In this document: positions 62,755 through 64,000 of the stretch, piece by piece
How positions within the stretch are numbered: position 1 is the first letter of the stretch
Layout: the number at the start of each line of letters is the position of its first letter
DNA from: Leptolyngbyaceae cyanobacterium
GTDB lineage: Bacteria > Cyanobacteriota > Cyanobacteriia > Phormidesmidales > Phormidesmidaceae
NCBI GenBank assembly: GCA_965263355.1
Contig: CBDHHL010000032.1
Location: forward strand, 1,056,001 to 1,120,000
Direction of reading: 5' to 3'
Length of the DNA: 64,000 nucleotides
Notes under the pieces: generated by a model
What the model saw: only the letters and a program-made list of their open reading frames with translations
The model's database searches: none
Told to the model about the DNA's origin: nothing
Position numbers and translations under genes: made by a program

Positions 62755-63177
62755 TTAATCCAAATAGCCCATTAAAATGGCGCTATCTTCATCAATGTCA
62801 TTAGAAGCAATAGGACGATTACCAGGCAGCGTTTCCAAGTCAGAAACCACTAAAGTACTCACAGCCACGGGACGATGGCCAGGCAAATGATCAGTGCTAG
62901 CAACTTCGAAGTTATCAGCCATAACCGGACGAACACCAGCAGATGATAGATTATGAACTACCTCAATATCACTCACGGTGATAGGTCGATTATTCGGCAG
63001 TGTATTCGTCTCAACAACGCGTGTATTGTCCTCTAGCACGATGATGTTAGGTTTTTCAGCCTTAACAATACCGCCACCCTTAACCGCAGCCGACGTCGTT
63101 GCTTTTGTTTGGGTGTTGCTTGAAGAACTAGATTGTTGAGTTGTTTGACTGGTGGTATCCGGTGCGTCGCTGCTCAT
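62755..63177 (-). CDS. Hypothetical protein with four internal RP(I/V) repeats
   Basis: LPNNRPI, AGVRPV, LPGHRPV, LPGNRPI; ends LMGYLD. Confidence 0.7.
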   Translation of the reverse strand: MSSDAPDTTSQTTQQSSSSSNTQTKATTSAAVKGGGIVKAEKPNIIVLEDNTRVVETNTLPNNRPITVSDIEVVHNLSSAGVRPVMADNFEVASTDHLPGHRPVAVSTLVVSDLETLPGNRPIASNDIDEDSAILMGYLD

Positions 63178-63545
63178 AACCTTATAACCCCTTCTACTAC
63201 TTGAAGTATCCCTTTAGAACTAATCTTGTCGGTAACCTAGCCATTCATAAACTGAACACTGGCCCCCAGTACCACCACCAATACCCCGTCAGCCGCTGGG
63301 CAAAAGCCCATAAAGGTTCAGGGCATTGCAATCCCCAGTGGTACAAATATCTACATAATTATAAATTAAAAGACAACCGCTTTAGTTTATTAAAGCTAAT
63401 CAGTCCTATAAAGCCTCATACGTCAAATCCCCGCAAGGTTTTGAAATAAATATGATCGTCGTCGCCAAATTTAGAATAACAAGCTACAATAATATGTGCT
63501 CCAGAGCTATTCCAAGTTAGATTTTTTAATTTGGATGATCACCAA

Positions 63546-63935
63546 GGGGCTGTAACGGTTTCGACGTTTTGACGAAAGTCGCGTTGTGATGCAGGCCGAG
63601 AGCGAGTCAACTCTCGCAAATCAAGACTCAACTAAATACAGATGCAAACAACATCGTACCTTTTGCTCGTAAGCAAGTAGCTGTAGCTGCTGCCTAAAAA
63701 CCTCTTTCAGGTTCGAGCGCTTATTGCCTGACTCCGTTAAGGGTGATAAGCATAACCTCAACGGATGCGTTAGGTTGATTTCTCTGGTAGGAAACCTAAC
63801 AAAGACTTTTACCAGAGCATCCCACTGTTCGGGATAATGAACAGTTCCCGCCTAGAGGATTAGATAGGCTAAGCCTGTGAGCGAGTGACGCGTTATTACT
63901 CAGGGCGGACACGGGTTCGACTCCCGTCAGCTCCA
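63546..63935 (+). ncRNA. ssrA: tmRNA
   Basis: 5' GGGGCTGTAACGGTTTCGAC; 3' GGGTTCGACTCCCGTCAGCTCCA; tag ANNIVPFARKQVAVAAA* at 63644-63697. Confidence 0.97.
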
Positions 63936-64000
63936 TTGCATTTATCCATGTACATATTCATCTCTATTTAGGCAAATGTTTTTGGTCCTTGATGTTTAAT

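Noticed and set aside
63201..63449. 82-aa ORF upstream of ssrA
   Set aside because: TTG start, no motifs, and it lies in a divergent promoter region.

Overview
Chromosomal window from a filamentous cyanobacterium, probably non-heterocystous and Leptolyngbya-like (inference). The assignment rests on frequent HIP1 GCGATCGC octamers, hetR, bilin lyases, an hli gene and a cyanobacterial-type tmRNA. The first ~20 kb is an accessory, pseudogene-rich region. It holds two RNA-repair enzymes (a kinase-phosphoesterase-Rnl1-type ligase fusion and RtcB), decayed toxin-antitoxin modules (MNT/HEPN, DUF4160/DUF2442), IS relics, a GH3 glucosidase, and an unannotated 47-aa IF7-like ORF behind an NtcA box and a glutamine riboswitch. 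The rest is mostly core genome: ilvA, hormogonium-polysaccharide-type genes, deoC, selO, csaB, hetR, pepA, slt, rodZ, tatC, rsmG, cpcT/cpcS-type lyases, hli and ssrA. It also has a patX-like gene carrying four tandem RGSGR motifs, and an IS-flanked amino-acid-permease/hybrid histidine kinase fusion. All calls come from motif recognition by eye; no searches were run.
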